From assembly GCA_041697335.1 (NCBI GenBank), contig JBGUGD010000014.1, forward strand, positions 1 through 64,000: a DNA stretch of 64,000 nt, given 5' to 3'. Source of the stretch: Vampirovibrionaceae bacterium NZW_1234. GTDB lineage: Bacteria; Cyanobacteriota; Vampirovibrionia; Vampirovibrionales; JAGQHJ01. The notes under the pieces are model-generated. The model searched no databases. It saw only the letters and a list, made by a program, of their open reading frames with translations, and was not told the DNA's origin. The translations under genes were made by a program, and so were the position numbers. Below, in pieces: positions 51,334 to 60,780 of the stretch (position 1 is its first letter; each line of letters begins with the position of its first letter).

Positions 51334-52005
51334 TTATCGCACCCAGGGTACAATGACCCCACGTTTGGCCATCTCACAGGCAAACAAAATGCCATTGGCA
51401 CTGTAAATCCAGCGATTCCGAGGAATTTGCTCAGAAAGCGGCCGGAAGTATTGCTGTAAAGACGGATCCTGCAACCAAGCCGGGTTAAACCCTTCCGGTA
51501 AACCATAGGGATTATTGGCCGGAAGTCCACCGCCCATTCCAAAGCCAGGCGTTCCAGTAATCCCAGGCGTTACCACCCCAGGAACACCAATGGCAGGCAT
51601 GCCTGTAATTCCCACGGTGGGTGCCGCCCCAAAGCCAACTCCTGGTGTCACGCCATAAGAGTATCCAGGTATAACACCTGTCGCTCCATAAGGAGCATAG
51701 CCACCTGCGACACCGGGCATCACAGTCGCCCCGTAAGGTGCATAACCTGAAACGACGCCAGGCATCGTTGGAACGCTACCCCCAGCAGACATGGCTCCAA
51801 GAGGCAACGTAAAGGTTATGCTTGTGGGAGCACCGGCTCCAGCCGAAATCATTGGGAAAGTTGTCCCTGCGGGAACACCACCTGTGGATCCACTGAATAG
51901 AATAGGTGCACCGACACCCGGACTGCCACCAATTGCTCCCCCAGTGGGATTAGACCCAACGCTGCAGTTAAAATTAAACGTGCAGCTCATTTGCATATAA
52001 CTCAT
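51334..52005 (-). CDS. Gly/Pro-rich hypothetical protein
   Basis: GGAGG RBS; GYAPYGAT twice, MPGV repeats; short globular C-terminus. Confidence 0.7.
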   Translation of the reverse strand: MSYMQMSCTFNFNCSVGSNPTGGAIGGSPGVGAPILFSGSTGGVPAGTTFPMISAGAGAPTSITFTLPLGAMSAGGSVPTMPGVVSGYAPYGATVMPGVAGGYAPYGATGVIPGYSYGVTPGVGFGAAPTVGITGMPAIGVPGVVTPGITGTPGFGMGGGLPANNPYGLPEGFNPAWLQDPSLQQYFRPLSEQIPRNRWIYSANGILFACEMAKRGVIVPWVR

Positions 52006-52254
52006 GCTGTCCTCCAAAAGTCCCTGCGTGATTAACCCCTTGTATCATCCGAAATGAGAAAAATGATTTTCTATATGTACAAAAACAAATTTTTTATTAA
52101 TACTGACCATTTGTTAATATTTTTTTTAAACTTGTTACAATCCGCTAAAAAACCGAACCACGCATATTTCAACCATATTTTTATATAAACAATAATTAAA
52201 AATCTTTAGCCTTCACTCACCTCTGATTCAAGCGGGGCACTAATTATTACAACC

Positions 52255-52289
52255 AAAAGCCCTTGCTTTGTACTCAGAGCAAGGGCTTG
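52255..52289 (-). terminator. terminator after dcd
   Basis: AAGCCCTTGCT/AGCAAGGGCTT hairpin with a T-tract on the minus strand. Confidence 0.75.
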
Positions 52290-52310
52290 AAACTTTTGAT
52301 AAGGTTGCCT

Positions 52311-52952
52311 CTAGTAGGTATACACCAGCTTTTCTTGAGCTTCCCGGATACGGGCATACTCAGGATCCTTGAAAAAGGCCGAGGCAGCGGTAGACATCTT
52401 CCGGCTGTACTTGGTCAATTTCTTTTGACCATAGGGCAGGCGGGTTTCAACACTTTGGAAGAAACACAATTGCCCAATTCGAACCCCAGGATAAAGCTGA
52501 ATCGGAACAGTACTCACGTTCGACAACTCAAAGGTCAACGCGCCCGAAAACCCGGGATCGACAAAACCCGCCGTGGCATGAATCTGTAACCCCAGTCTAC
52601 CCCAGGTGCTGCGACCTTCCAAACGAGCCGCCAAATCCAGGGGGATGGAAAGGTATTCCAACGTTGACGCCAATGCAAACTCACCCGGGTGCAACACAAA
52701 GGGTTGGGTCGGATTGACCTTTACCGCCGACATGTATTTACCCATATCCCGAGCCACCTGGTCCGGCGCATTTACCAAATCCAGGTGCGTAATGTTGGAC
52801 CGGTGGAGGACCTGAAAGTCCGTCCCCAGACGAACATCCACCGAGGTTGGGCCAAATTGCTCTTCAGGATAAATCATCGGTGTAATAATAATCCGCCGTT
52901 CCGGATCCGGATCGAGCAAGCGTTCTAAAATCTGGATTTCGTTAAGAATCAT
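52311..52952 (-). CDS. dcd: dCTP deaminase
   Basis: SVDVRLG, LHPGEFAL..TLE, EGRST.GRLGL, FVDPGFSG.LT.EL, YPG.RIGQL. Confidence 0.93.
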   Translation of the reverse strand: MILNEIQILERLLDPDPERRIIITPMIYPEEQFGPTSVDVRLGTDFQVLHRSNITHLDLVNAPDQVARDMGKYMSAVKVNPTQPFVLHPGEFALASTLEYLSIPLDLAARLEGRSTWGRLGLQIHATAGFVDPGFSGALTFELSNVSTVPIQLYPGVRIGQLCFFQSVETRLPYGQKKLTKYSRKMSTAASAFFKDPEYARIREAQEKLVYTY

Positions 52953-52972
52953 CGGGACGAAAACTCCTTTCT

Positions 52973-54259
52973 CTACACCGGCATTAAGGCATCACTTTCC
53001 TCAAAGGAAAGCACGCGATGCACTTCGGCAATCTCGATACTCTTGAGCAGAATGTTATCCAACTCCGCGATACGAGTGCGAAAGACACTCCATTCATCCT
53101 GTGGCGCCATTAACACCGCTTGCAACCAGGCAGGAGACTGATCCAGTTTATGCAGCCACCCGGCATTAATAATCTCTCTGGGTGATGCTGGCGTTTCCTG
53201 AATTTGATGCAAGATACCATAGACATCAATACCTTCCTGCTCCAGCTTCTGAAGATCCTCACGCAACTGAGCAGGGCTGCCTAGCATCGGCACAGCGCTA
53301 ATGAGCATCCCGCGTTCAAGGCGTTCTTCCAGCAATTGACTCTTAAGCAAGGCTTTTTCTGTATACGCCAAGCGTTCCGGAATCACTTTTTCAATGGCTT
53401 TCAGGATGCGATCGGCCACATCTTCTTTACCAAACAGTTGCACAACACTATGGGCTTCTTCGGATACCGGCAAAGACTGCCGCAGACGCTCCAAGGACTG
53501 ATGAAGAATGACCAGATCCTTATTCACCAGACCGAAGCGGTTTAAAGCTTGAAATAAGACCGGCTCCACAGCCTGTAAAACACTAAACTGCTTCAATTCC
53601 AAGCTCTTCAAGACAAAGTAGGCATAATAACCGGGCCCTAACAAACGCAGATTGAGGACCGGGGTAATATACTTTGCTTCTGACTGAGGCACCCCAATTT
53701 CCTCAAACAACGAGGCCATTTGAATCGACTGAACGGAAAAATACTCGGTAAAACGATCAGCCAGTCCAAACCACGGCAACGGGCTTTGGGCGTCCAAGAT
53801 GGGGAGGCTTGACACGATTAAGGACTCAAACGTAGGCAAGTCAGCCTGCTGAGCCTGAGACTCCACGGGAATCACAACCACACCAGGCGCATCCGGCACA
53901 AGCTTGGTTAGCCCAAGGCTGTTGAGATAGAGTTCGGTCTCGGGCAAGACTTCACGCTTCTTCAATTGATACAACGCTTTTCTTACCGGCGCCAAGGAAC
54001 TGCGGATTTCAGGAAAAATACTGTTAATACAGTCGTGGATAAACGCCTCGTCCAGCGTGGCTTCCTGGAATGCCAGCAAAAACTGCTCCCGCTGAGCAAA
54101 AACACGCTCTTTAACCCCTTCCATATGGCGCACCAATTGGGTGACATAGGGCAAAATGTTGGCCTCTGCCTGATTTTCCAATTCGTTGAGTTGAAGCTCT
54201 AAGCGGCCAATTTCCTCTAACAACTCATATAGCAGGCGTTTTAGCAATATTTTATTCAT
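52973..54259 (-). CDS. helical hypothetical protein co-transcribed with dcd
   Basis: 428 aa, N-terminal coiled coil, 20-nt gap to dcd containing AAGGAG. Confidence 0.8.
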   Translation of the reverse strand: MNKILLKRLLYELLEEIGRLELQLNELENQAEANILPYVTQLVRHMEGVKERVFAQREQFLLAFQEATLDEAFIHDCINSIFPEIRSSLAPVRKALYQLKKREVLPETELYLNSLGLTKLVPDAPGVVVIPVESQAQQADLPTFESLIVSSLPILDAQSPLPWFGLADRFTEYFSVQSIQMASLFEEIGVPQSEAKYITPVLNLRLLGPGYYAYFVLKSLELKQFSVLQAVEPVLFQALNRFGLVNKDLVILHQSLERLRQSLPVSEEAHSVVQLFGKEDVADRILKAIEKVIPERLAYTEKALLKSQLLEERLERGMLISAVPMLGSPAQLREDLQKLEQEGIDVYGILHQIQETPASPREIINAGWLHKLDQSPAWLQAVLMAPQDEWSVFRTRIAELDNILLKSIEIAEVHRVLSFEESDALMPV

Positions 54260-54275
54260 GGGTGGATTAGCCTAT

Positions 54276-54486
54276 CTTTGTCTTGTGACGCTATGATCTC
54301 AGTGACAGTGTGTATTACCGGCCCCGGATGAAGCCCGTCCGCTACGGACATCACCGACTGCTTTATACATCCCCTGAACTGTTCTTTTTTATACATCACC
54401 GGGTAATGCCACGGAGTCAACCTGAGTGGGGGGATACCACTTGCACCCTAAGTATAGGGAGGACTCCCCCCTGCGACAAGCAAAAG
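54276..54486. ncRNA. candidate structured RNA/leader (unassigned)
   Basis: Nested long-range stems spanning the folC-orphan gap (see findings). Confidence 0.4.
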
Positions 54487-54496
54487 CATGCGTTTG

Positions 54497-55834
54497 TTAA
54501 GTAAAGCTTTGATAAGTGCCCATGGCATCGTAGCACGCACCGCCAGTATACAAGGATCCGGTCACCACTTTCAGCTTGCCTCTTGGGCAGGGTTCTTCTA
54601 GGAACTGGGCAATACTCTGGAGATCAAGATTCACACCGGATGGCAACCTCGGTTCCAAAGCCTTGCTCAAGTTCTCAGGCGAATGGTAGCGATGCACATC
54701 CACATCCGCCAGCACAGTAACCCGACTTGTGGCAGGATAAGCAAGTAGCGGAGCCAAAAGCCCTGGGTCGCGATTTTTCAGCAAACTGATCCCCCAGTGA
54801 ACCGAGATGCCGGAAAAATCAGCCGAAAGCGTTTCCAAAAGGGTCTCGATACCCGCTGCATTATGAGAACCATCAATTATAAGCCGCTTTTCCGGATCAT
54901 ACTGGAAGCGTGCGGGCCAGGTAACATGAGCCAACCCAGCATCCCGTTGTGAAGCAGACCATGGCAAGACAGAGGCCAAGGCTTCCAGAACAGAAAGAAC
55001 CACAGCCAGGTTCATGGCCTGATAACGCCCCAGCAACGACAAGTAGAACTCCTCCCCTGTGGGCAGATATTTAACTTGACGCAAAAATCGCCCCTCTTTG
55101 AAAACCAGCGGGCCCAATTCCACTTGATTCGGCTGTACCCATTGTAATCGGGCCTCAATCCGGCGGGCCTGAGCTTCAATCACAACCGCCGCATCGTGTG
55201 ACTGCAACGGACTAAACACCAAGCCCCCGGGCTTCATTACCGCCGCTTTCTCCGAGGCAATCTGTCCCAGGGTCTGCCCCAATCGCTCCATATGATCGAA
55301 GGACACCGAAGTCACAATCACAGCGTCGGGGGCAGCCAGCACATTGGTGGAATCCAGTCGTCCCCCCAAGCCCGCCTCGATAACAGCAATATCGACTTGC
55401 TGTTCTTGAAACAGCCAGAAAGCCATTACGGTTAAAAACTCGAAATAGGTCAGCCAGTCTTGTGGCTCGGGCAGAGCAACCAGCATCGCTTCCTGACAAA
55501 CTTGAGCCGCTTGCACAAACAAGGCCTCCGACACGGGCAAAGCGTTTAGCCGGATACGTTCTTTCACATCCTGCAAATGGGGACTGGTGAACAACCCCAC
55601 CCGATAGCCAGCATGGGTATACACGGACGACAGCATGGCACTCACCGATCCTTTGCCATTGGTCCCAACCACATGAATACTTCGGACCCTGTCCTGGGGG
55701 GTATTCAATTCAGCCAAAACCCTGGCCACGCGCTCGGTGCCCAGCTTCATTACAGAAACATCCAATTGGTTCAGGTAAGCCTCTACCTGCCCTTGGGACT
55801 CAAATGGCACTCTTGTATCAGTCAACACCATCAC
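54497..55834 (-). CDS. folC: folylpolyglutamate synthase/dihydrofolate synthase
   Basis: GTNGKGS, FTSPHL...ERI, TYFE, EAGLGGRLDSTN, DGSHN, TGSLY. Confidence 0.95.
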   Translation of the reverse strand: MMVLTDTRVPFESQGQVEAYLNQLDVSVMKLGTERVARVLAELNTPQDRVRSIHVVGTNGKGSVSAMLSSVYTHAGYRVGLFTSPHLQDVKERIRLNALPVSEALFVQAAQVCQEAMLVALPEPQDWLTYFEFLTVMAFWLFQEQQVDIAVIEAGLGGRLDSTNVLAAPDAVIVTSVSFDHMERLGQTLGQIASEKAAVMKPGGLVFSPLQSHDAAVVIEAQARRIEARLQWVQPNQVELGPLVFKEGRFLRQVKYLPTGEEFYLSLLGRYQAMNLAVVLSVLEALASVLPWSASQRDAGLAHVTWPARFQYDPEKRLIIDGSHNAAGIETLLETLSADFSGISVHWGISLLKNRDPGLLAPLLAYPATSRVTVLADVDVHRYHSPENLSKALEPRLPSGVNLDLQSIAQFLEEPCPRGKLKVVTGSLYTGGACYDAMGTYQSFT

Positions 55835-55927
55835 TGCGCTTGAGATACATTCTCTGGAAACAATCCAACTCAGCTCTCATCATGGCATAAAGACAATCGC
55901 TCTGAACACATCGGTCCAAAGAGAGAC

Positions 55928-57037
55928 TTAAACCAATTCCCGAGACTTTCCAGTCTGCTCTAAGCGCTGTACCTTGGTTTCTACTAAGGACGCCAGTCGC
56001 TTGGCATCATGTACAGGAACCGTTTGTACCTCCGGAGCTTGATTTAGCCGCAACCAAGTTCCATTAGGCAAGCCTACGGTCTGATATAAGTTTGCTCTTC
56101 GCCCCGAAGCATCTAACCAGCTACGCGGGTGTAACGATAAACGAGCCCCATTAGGCAGGCTCAAGGCATCCTGATCCACCCTCAGGCCCAATATCGGAGC
56201 AACAAATCGGGCAAAACCACGAATGGCCAAACCTTGCAACGGATGTTCCATGGGAACGAAACCCGCCTGTTGAGGATTCTCTTGAGACAGTACGCGAAGC
56301 ACATCGCCGGCTTGATGAACCCATCGTGGTGTAGCCCGTTCCCAGCCGGCTGTTGCATAAGCCATATCGAGTTGATGGAAGAACTGGGGCTTAATCATTT
56401 GGCCGGTAAGATGATGCAAATCAACCTGAGTCAGGCGGGGAGCAGACTCTTTCAACGGTGCTGAATTTTTTGATGTTAACGAACGACCAAAGACAGGCCA
56501 ACTGGATGTATACAGACGGGTCTTACCGGAAAACGGGTTTGAGACAGGGGTTGCAAATCGCTTAGCTTTCTTGGCAGACGGTTGTTTCTCTAACGCATCC
56601 GGTGACACAACACGCTGTGGCGCCATCGCCTCGTTTAAGGCCGATTCAAACGGGTTGGATGTCTGTGACACCGTTCCCTTGGAAACCCTGGGCTTAGAAA
56701 CGAACCCTTGTTTTTGCGCTTCCTTGGGCTTGTCATCCGAAGCCCCAGAAACCCCATGAGGGTCTCGGGCCTGATCCATCTGTGGCTTTAAAAGCAGCAC
56801 ATCACGTTGACTGGGGGGCAATACTTTGTCCCAAATCGGGGCGTGGTCATGATTGACGAACGTGAACATGAGCGGTTGCGGAGCCTTCTGAGCAAAAAGG
56901 GACATCACTTTTGCCCGGACCGAGTCGCCAGAAAAGAAGACATCTTTATGTTGTAAAAATTCCAAGCTCCGGCTTGGTTGCGACGCCTTCGGTTGGGTAA
57001 AAAAGGGAGCCGCATGTACACGAGACACAGGTCTCAT
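55928..57037 (-). CDS. hypothetical protein with low-complexity N-terminal half
   Basis: AGGAG RBS; leader with VFFSG. Confidence 0.7.
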   Translation of the reverse strand: MRPVSRVHAAPFFTQPKASQPSRSLEFLQHKDVFFSGDSVRAKVMSLFAQKAPQPLMFTFVNHDHAPIWDKVLPPSQRDVLLLKPQMDQARDPHGVSGASDDKPKEAQKQGFVSKPRVSKGTVSQTSNPFESALNEAMAPQRVVSPDALEKQPSAKKAKRFATPVSNPFSGKTRLYTSSWPVFGRSLTSKNSAPLKESAPRLTQVDLHHLTGQMIKPQFFHQLDMAYATAGWERATPRWVHQAGDVLRVLSQENPQQAGFVPMEHPLQGLAIRGFARFVAPILGLRVDQDALSLPNGARLSLHPRSWLDASGRRANLYQTVGLPNGTWLRLNQAPEVQTVPVHDAKRLASLVETKVQRLEQTGKSRELV

Positions 57038-57154
57038 GGTAATCTCCTAACTCTCCGCTGAAGACACCCGTTGGGTATCGTTCCTACAATATACCGTAAA
57101 TGATGATGATTGTTTAGCAAAAGTTCATGAGAACCATGAGGGATTAACAATTCT

Positions 57155-57697
57155 TTACAAGGATTTCTCAATCACATACATATCCAACCGAACGACACCC
57201 AGCAGCATAGAGCCTTTATCCTCTTTGATTGTGGGGTCTTTTGCGGGCAATGAGCCCAGATTCTTCAGCTCTACCATTTGTACCACCACATTGGGAAAGT
57301 GCTGAATAACCTGGGACAGAAATTTCTGGATGGAAAAATAGGGTCCACTCAACTGCACCGTAATAGGAATTCGCTTCACCATAGACGGAAACCGGGGATC
57401 AGAAACCGCCTTGGAAGGATCGCCTGCGATTTCAGTGAGATAAATCCCTGCTTCCACACTCTGGTTAAACAACGGAGATACAATACGAGACTGCCAGGCC
57501 TCTGTATGTTTTAAGCGAAGCTCCGGCAACGTCGCCAGTGGCTTGGGGATGTAATTAACCGGGTCATTCAACTCCACTTGATAACGTCCATGGGCTTCAA
57601 TGGCCGGCTTGAGCACCAGCACCGAAATCACCGAGGAAGCAGCCAGCATGGCCAACAACAGAAACCATTGACGAAGCGTCAATCCGGATGTGCTCAT
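57155..57697 (-). CDS. PilO/GspM-like pilus assembly protein
   Basis: N-terminal TM helix; PI.V.L.G.Y..I..FL..V motif. Confidence 0.7.
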   Translation of the reverse strand: MSTSGLTLRQWFLLLAMLAASSVISVLVLKPAIEAHGRYQVELNDPVNYIPKPLATLPELRLKHTEAWQSRIVSPLFNQSVEAGIYLTEIAGDPSKAVSDPRFPSMVKRIPITVQLSGPYFSIQKFLSQVIQHFPNVVVQMVELKNLGSLPAKDPTIKEDKGSMLLGVVRLDMYVIEKSL

Positions 57698-59148
57698 GGT
57701 TTTTTAGTCTCCTGCTTAGCTTGAGCCTGACCCGAGCCTGTTGCATCTTGAAGAATTTTCCCCGTAAAGCTGAATTGGCTTAAAATCTTCTCCCCATCCG
57801 AAGGCATCACAAATCGTTTTTGGGCTTTGATTTGAAACGGCTTGAGCTCAGAGGCGGAAACAAGTGCGTCGATAAAGGCATTTGCCTTTTGGGCTTGCGC
57901 CGCCTTTCCGGAAATGTTCACCCGCTCAGGCATCTCAACCCGCAAGTAATCAATCTGGACTTGAGCCGCATTTTTATTAATCACGTCCATCAGTTTTTGA
58001 TAAAACCCATTCTGCTGGTGTAAAGCTGAAATGGTAGATGACAGTGCTTCATCACGTTGGCGGAGCTGAGCATCCAGCTGTGTATTTTGAAAAATATAAT
58101 ACCCGCTCGTCCCTAAAACCCCGAGCATCACAAAAAACGAGATTATCAATAAAAAGCGCAATACCGTTGCTTTGGCACGCACCGCTGTTCGATGAGAAAC
58201 ATGATGCTTGGCTGAAGCCCCACGTCTGGATGCTAAAAAATCCCAGGCCAAAGGGAAAGGCACTTCCTGCTTTAATGCAGCCCCTAGAGCCGCTGCCGAT
58301 GGCTGATTGGGGTAACTTCCATACAAGGGCCCTAAAACCGCCTGACGAACAGGAGCGCCCAACTTCAGCTGAAGCAGATCCATCGGCTGCTTGACACCCT
58401 GCTCGGACCAGGCAAACCAGAGATTCGGCTGACTGATGCCCATTCCTAACATGGGTTCCATGAGTCGCTCCTGCATACTCGCCATATCCGCGGGTATGGT
58501 AAACGTGCCAATGTAGATCAGGTTGGTCCCCTGCCAAATGGTCTGCCACGTTTGAGAACCGACCACACCAAAGCAACCCCACACCGCATCGGAACCTAGG
58601 CGCCGCAGCAATGCGTCCAACACGCCTGAGGCCGCCATGCCCCGCAAGACCGCCAAGGGCAAAATATCCACTCCCTGCAAGGGATAGCCTGCCTCTTCAA
58701 AGACTTGAAAAAAGTGTTTAAGCTCATTATCACCATAAAACGCATACGCAATGGCCGCATGGTCCCCATGTTGCCAAAGCATAGAGTATTGCACAATGGG
58801 CGTATCTCCGGCCAAAACCCCTTCTTCAGAAATTAATTGGGGTAAGCCCTCTCTCAAGGCATGCACATCGCCCACCGAAAAGGCACGGGTGGCTAAAAAA
58901 GGTGTGTAAAATGTTAAATACACGGGATAGGCAACATCGGGCTGTCCTAAAGCAGCAAAAAGCCCACGAATCGCTGCCACCAACGTGGGTGTATCCAGAA
59001 TCCGTTTGCCGTCGTGCGCCATCGTCGCTGGGGGCAATGGCTGGTGTTCATAGGCTTGGAGAGAAAAATCCTCAGCCGAAACTTTGACCCCACTAATATG
59101 GGTGGGCGAGATGGAAATACCGATTAAACTGGATGACGACTTGCTCAC
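57694..59148 (-). CDS. degenerate PilM-like domain fused to TM plus PilN-like domain
   Basis: IGISIS.., GVDILPLA..R, AALGAAL, TM helix, coiled coil, V.ISGKA; 4-nt overlap with the PilO-like gene. Confidence 0.65.
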   Translation of the reverse strand: MSKSSSSLIGISISPTHISGVKVSAEDFSLQAYEHQPLPPATMAHDGKRILDTPTLVAAIRGLFAALGQPDVAYPVYLTFYTPFLATRAFSVGDVHALREGLPQLISEEGVLAGDTPIVQYSMLWQHGDHAAIAYAFYGDNELKHFFQVFEEAGYPLQGVDILPLAVLRGMAASGVLDALLRRLGSDAVWGCFGVVGSQTWQTIWQGTNLIYIGTFTIPADMASMQERLMEPMLGMGISQPNLWFAWSEQGVKQPMDLLQLKLGAPVRQAVLGPLYGSYPNQPSAAALGAALKQEVPFPLAWDFLASRRGASAKHHVSHRTAVRAKATVLRFLLIISFFVMLGVLGTSGYYIFQNTQLDAQLRQRDEALSSTISALHQQNGFYQKLMDVINKNAAQVQIDYLRVEMPERVNISGKAAQAQKANAFIDALVSASELKPFQIKAQKRFVMPSDGEKILSQFSFTGKILQDATGSGQAQAKQETKKP

Positions 59149-59162
59149 AAACGACGCAGCAC

Positions 59163-59813
59163 CTATCGACGACGTCCTGCGGCCATAAACCGCAATACCA
59201 TCAGAAACAGATTGATAATGCTGAGATAAAGCCCCAGTGTTGCAGCAACCACGCTGTTATTATCATAGCGGTTCACCATGTCACTGGTCTGCAGCAAAAT
59301 ATAGCCTGAAAAAATGACAATTCCGACACCGGAATAAACCAAATCAGAGATGGGCAACGTAAAAAACAAGCCAAGAACCCCAACCAACACCAGGGCCAAT
59401 AAGCCAATGAATAAAAAGCCTCTCAAGAAGGAGAAGTCCTTTTTCGTCACATTCACAAAGAGACTCAGCCCACCAAAGGTAACCGCGGTGGTTCCTGCCG
59501 CTACAGGTATCAGATCACCCATTCCCATCCGCACATAGGCATTTAATACCGGCCCCAAGATAACGCCGGAAAAGATTGTGAACAAGAACAACAGCATGAT
59601 GTTCAAGGGATAGGTTCTTTGGCACAGGGTCGCTGCAAAATAAGTCACAAAGTACACGACGATCATAGGCAAATACAAACTCGGTGGCATGGAGAGACCC
59701 AAGTAGCTGCCAGCCGAGCAAAACAACAGGGACACACCCAAAAGCGTATAAACCCGGCTCACAAACTCCGATCGATCTTGAACAGCGGTTTTATCCAGAC
59801 GGACCAGGCTCAT
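59163..59813 (-). CDS. Bax inhibitor-1/YccA family membrane protein
   Basis: F..RVY, KDFSFL..FLF, IFSGYIL..T, A.LGLYL..INLF..L. Confidence 0.93.
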   Translation of the reverse strand: MSLVRLDKTAVQDRSEFVSRVYTLLGVSLLFCSAGSYLGLSMPPSLYLPMIVVYFVTYFAATLCQRTYPLNIMLLFLFTIFSGVILGPVLNAYVRMGMGDLIPVAAGTTAVTFGGLSLFVNVTKKDFSFLRGFLFIGLLALVLVGVLGLFFTLPISDLVYSGVGIVIFSGYILLQTSDMVNRYDNNSVVAATLGLYLSIINLFLMVLRFMAAGRRR

Positions 59814-60111
59814 TTTCGAGACCTCGCTTTCTCCAGTAGCCACAATCATCTATTTTTAGAATATCAGGTTTTTCCAAGAGGGCAATGTACAGCCCGCACC
59901 TAAGCCTCTGATAGACAACAGCGTTCCCCCCGACCACGGTTGCTTCAACACTAAGACCCGCAAACCGCCCTTCCAATGCGGCTTTTTACATTCACATCAT
60001 GACCCTGGAACACAGGTCCATGGAAACAAAACTTAATATAGTAGCAACGGATTTTCTTGAGGATGCTTTATACCGACACAAAGACACGAAGAGCACGGGG
60101 GAAAGTTACGG

Positions 60112-60720
60112 ATGCTACCAGGATTACAAGGCAATAACGTCGGTGGAAATCACGCCACGTTTAAAACAGGGGCCTCAAGACATGGCCAAGCCTGTTTATG
60201 CGGCGGATGCTCCAATGGCAGCCTGCAACCCCGGTTCTCCAGCAACACTCCTACAAGCAAGCCCATTGACCTACCCAGAACAAATGCAACCCTCGGGTAT
60301 GCACTCAGTGGGGGACAAAATCAGTTCCAGGCTCTGAATGACACCTTCCCCGGAGGCCAAAGAGCGACGGAGGAATTCCATCATAAAGTCCATCATGGTC
60401 TTGATGGCTACGGTGTTACCCCGGGCACGGCTGCTCTTGGCGAAACCCCAGAGAACTTGGCCCATATCGGATCTCCCGGACTGTTTGAAAGTTCGGTGCG
60501 ATTAACGGAACTCCATAAACAGGCTCGCCAGGATTACGCCAATGCCCTTGCTGCCAGCGTGTCGTCCGGCCAAATGACTCCTGATCGAGCCAAATCAGAA
60601 CTGGATCTCTTTGACAGTGAATGGGATCACACGTTCACCTTAGGCCAATATGCCCATAAAAAAGGAATTGAAGAAATTGCAGGAGCCCGATCTGATATCC
60701 ATACCTTGGCTCAAGCTTAA
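60112..60720 (+). CDS. hypothetical protein
   Basis: 202 aa; leader with HGQACLCGGC and PRFS. Confidence 0.65.
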   Translation: MLPGLQGNNVGGNHATFKTGASRHGQACLCGGCSNGSLQPRFSSNTPTSKPIDLPRTNATLGYALSGGQNQFQALNDTFPGGQRATEEFHHKVHHGLDGYGVTPGTAALGETPENLAHIGSPGLFESSVRLTELHKQARQDYANALAASVSSGQMTPDRAKSELDLFDSEWDHTFTLGQYAHKKGIEEIAGARSDIHTLAQA

Positions 60721-60780
60721 ACCCCGCAAACAAAAGTTTTCTCTGCTACATACTACCTCACCACACACATACACTTACTT

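Noticed and set aside
54355..54385. SRP RNA helix-8-like CAGG-N10-AGCAG on the minus strand
   Set aside because: The intervening 10 nt cannot form the required stem and GNRA tetraloop.
59865..60030. Possible 6S RNA-like rod
   Set aside because: Only short, patchy complementarity; adequately explained as a divergent promoter region.
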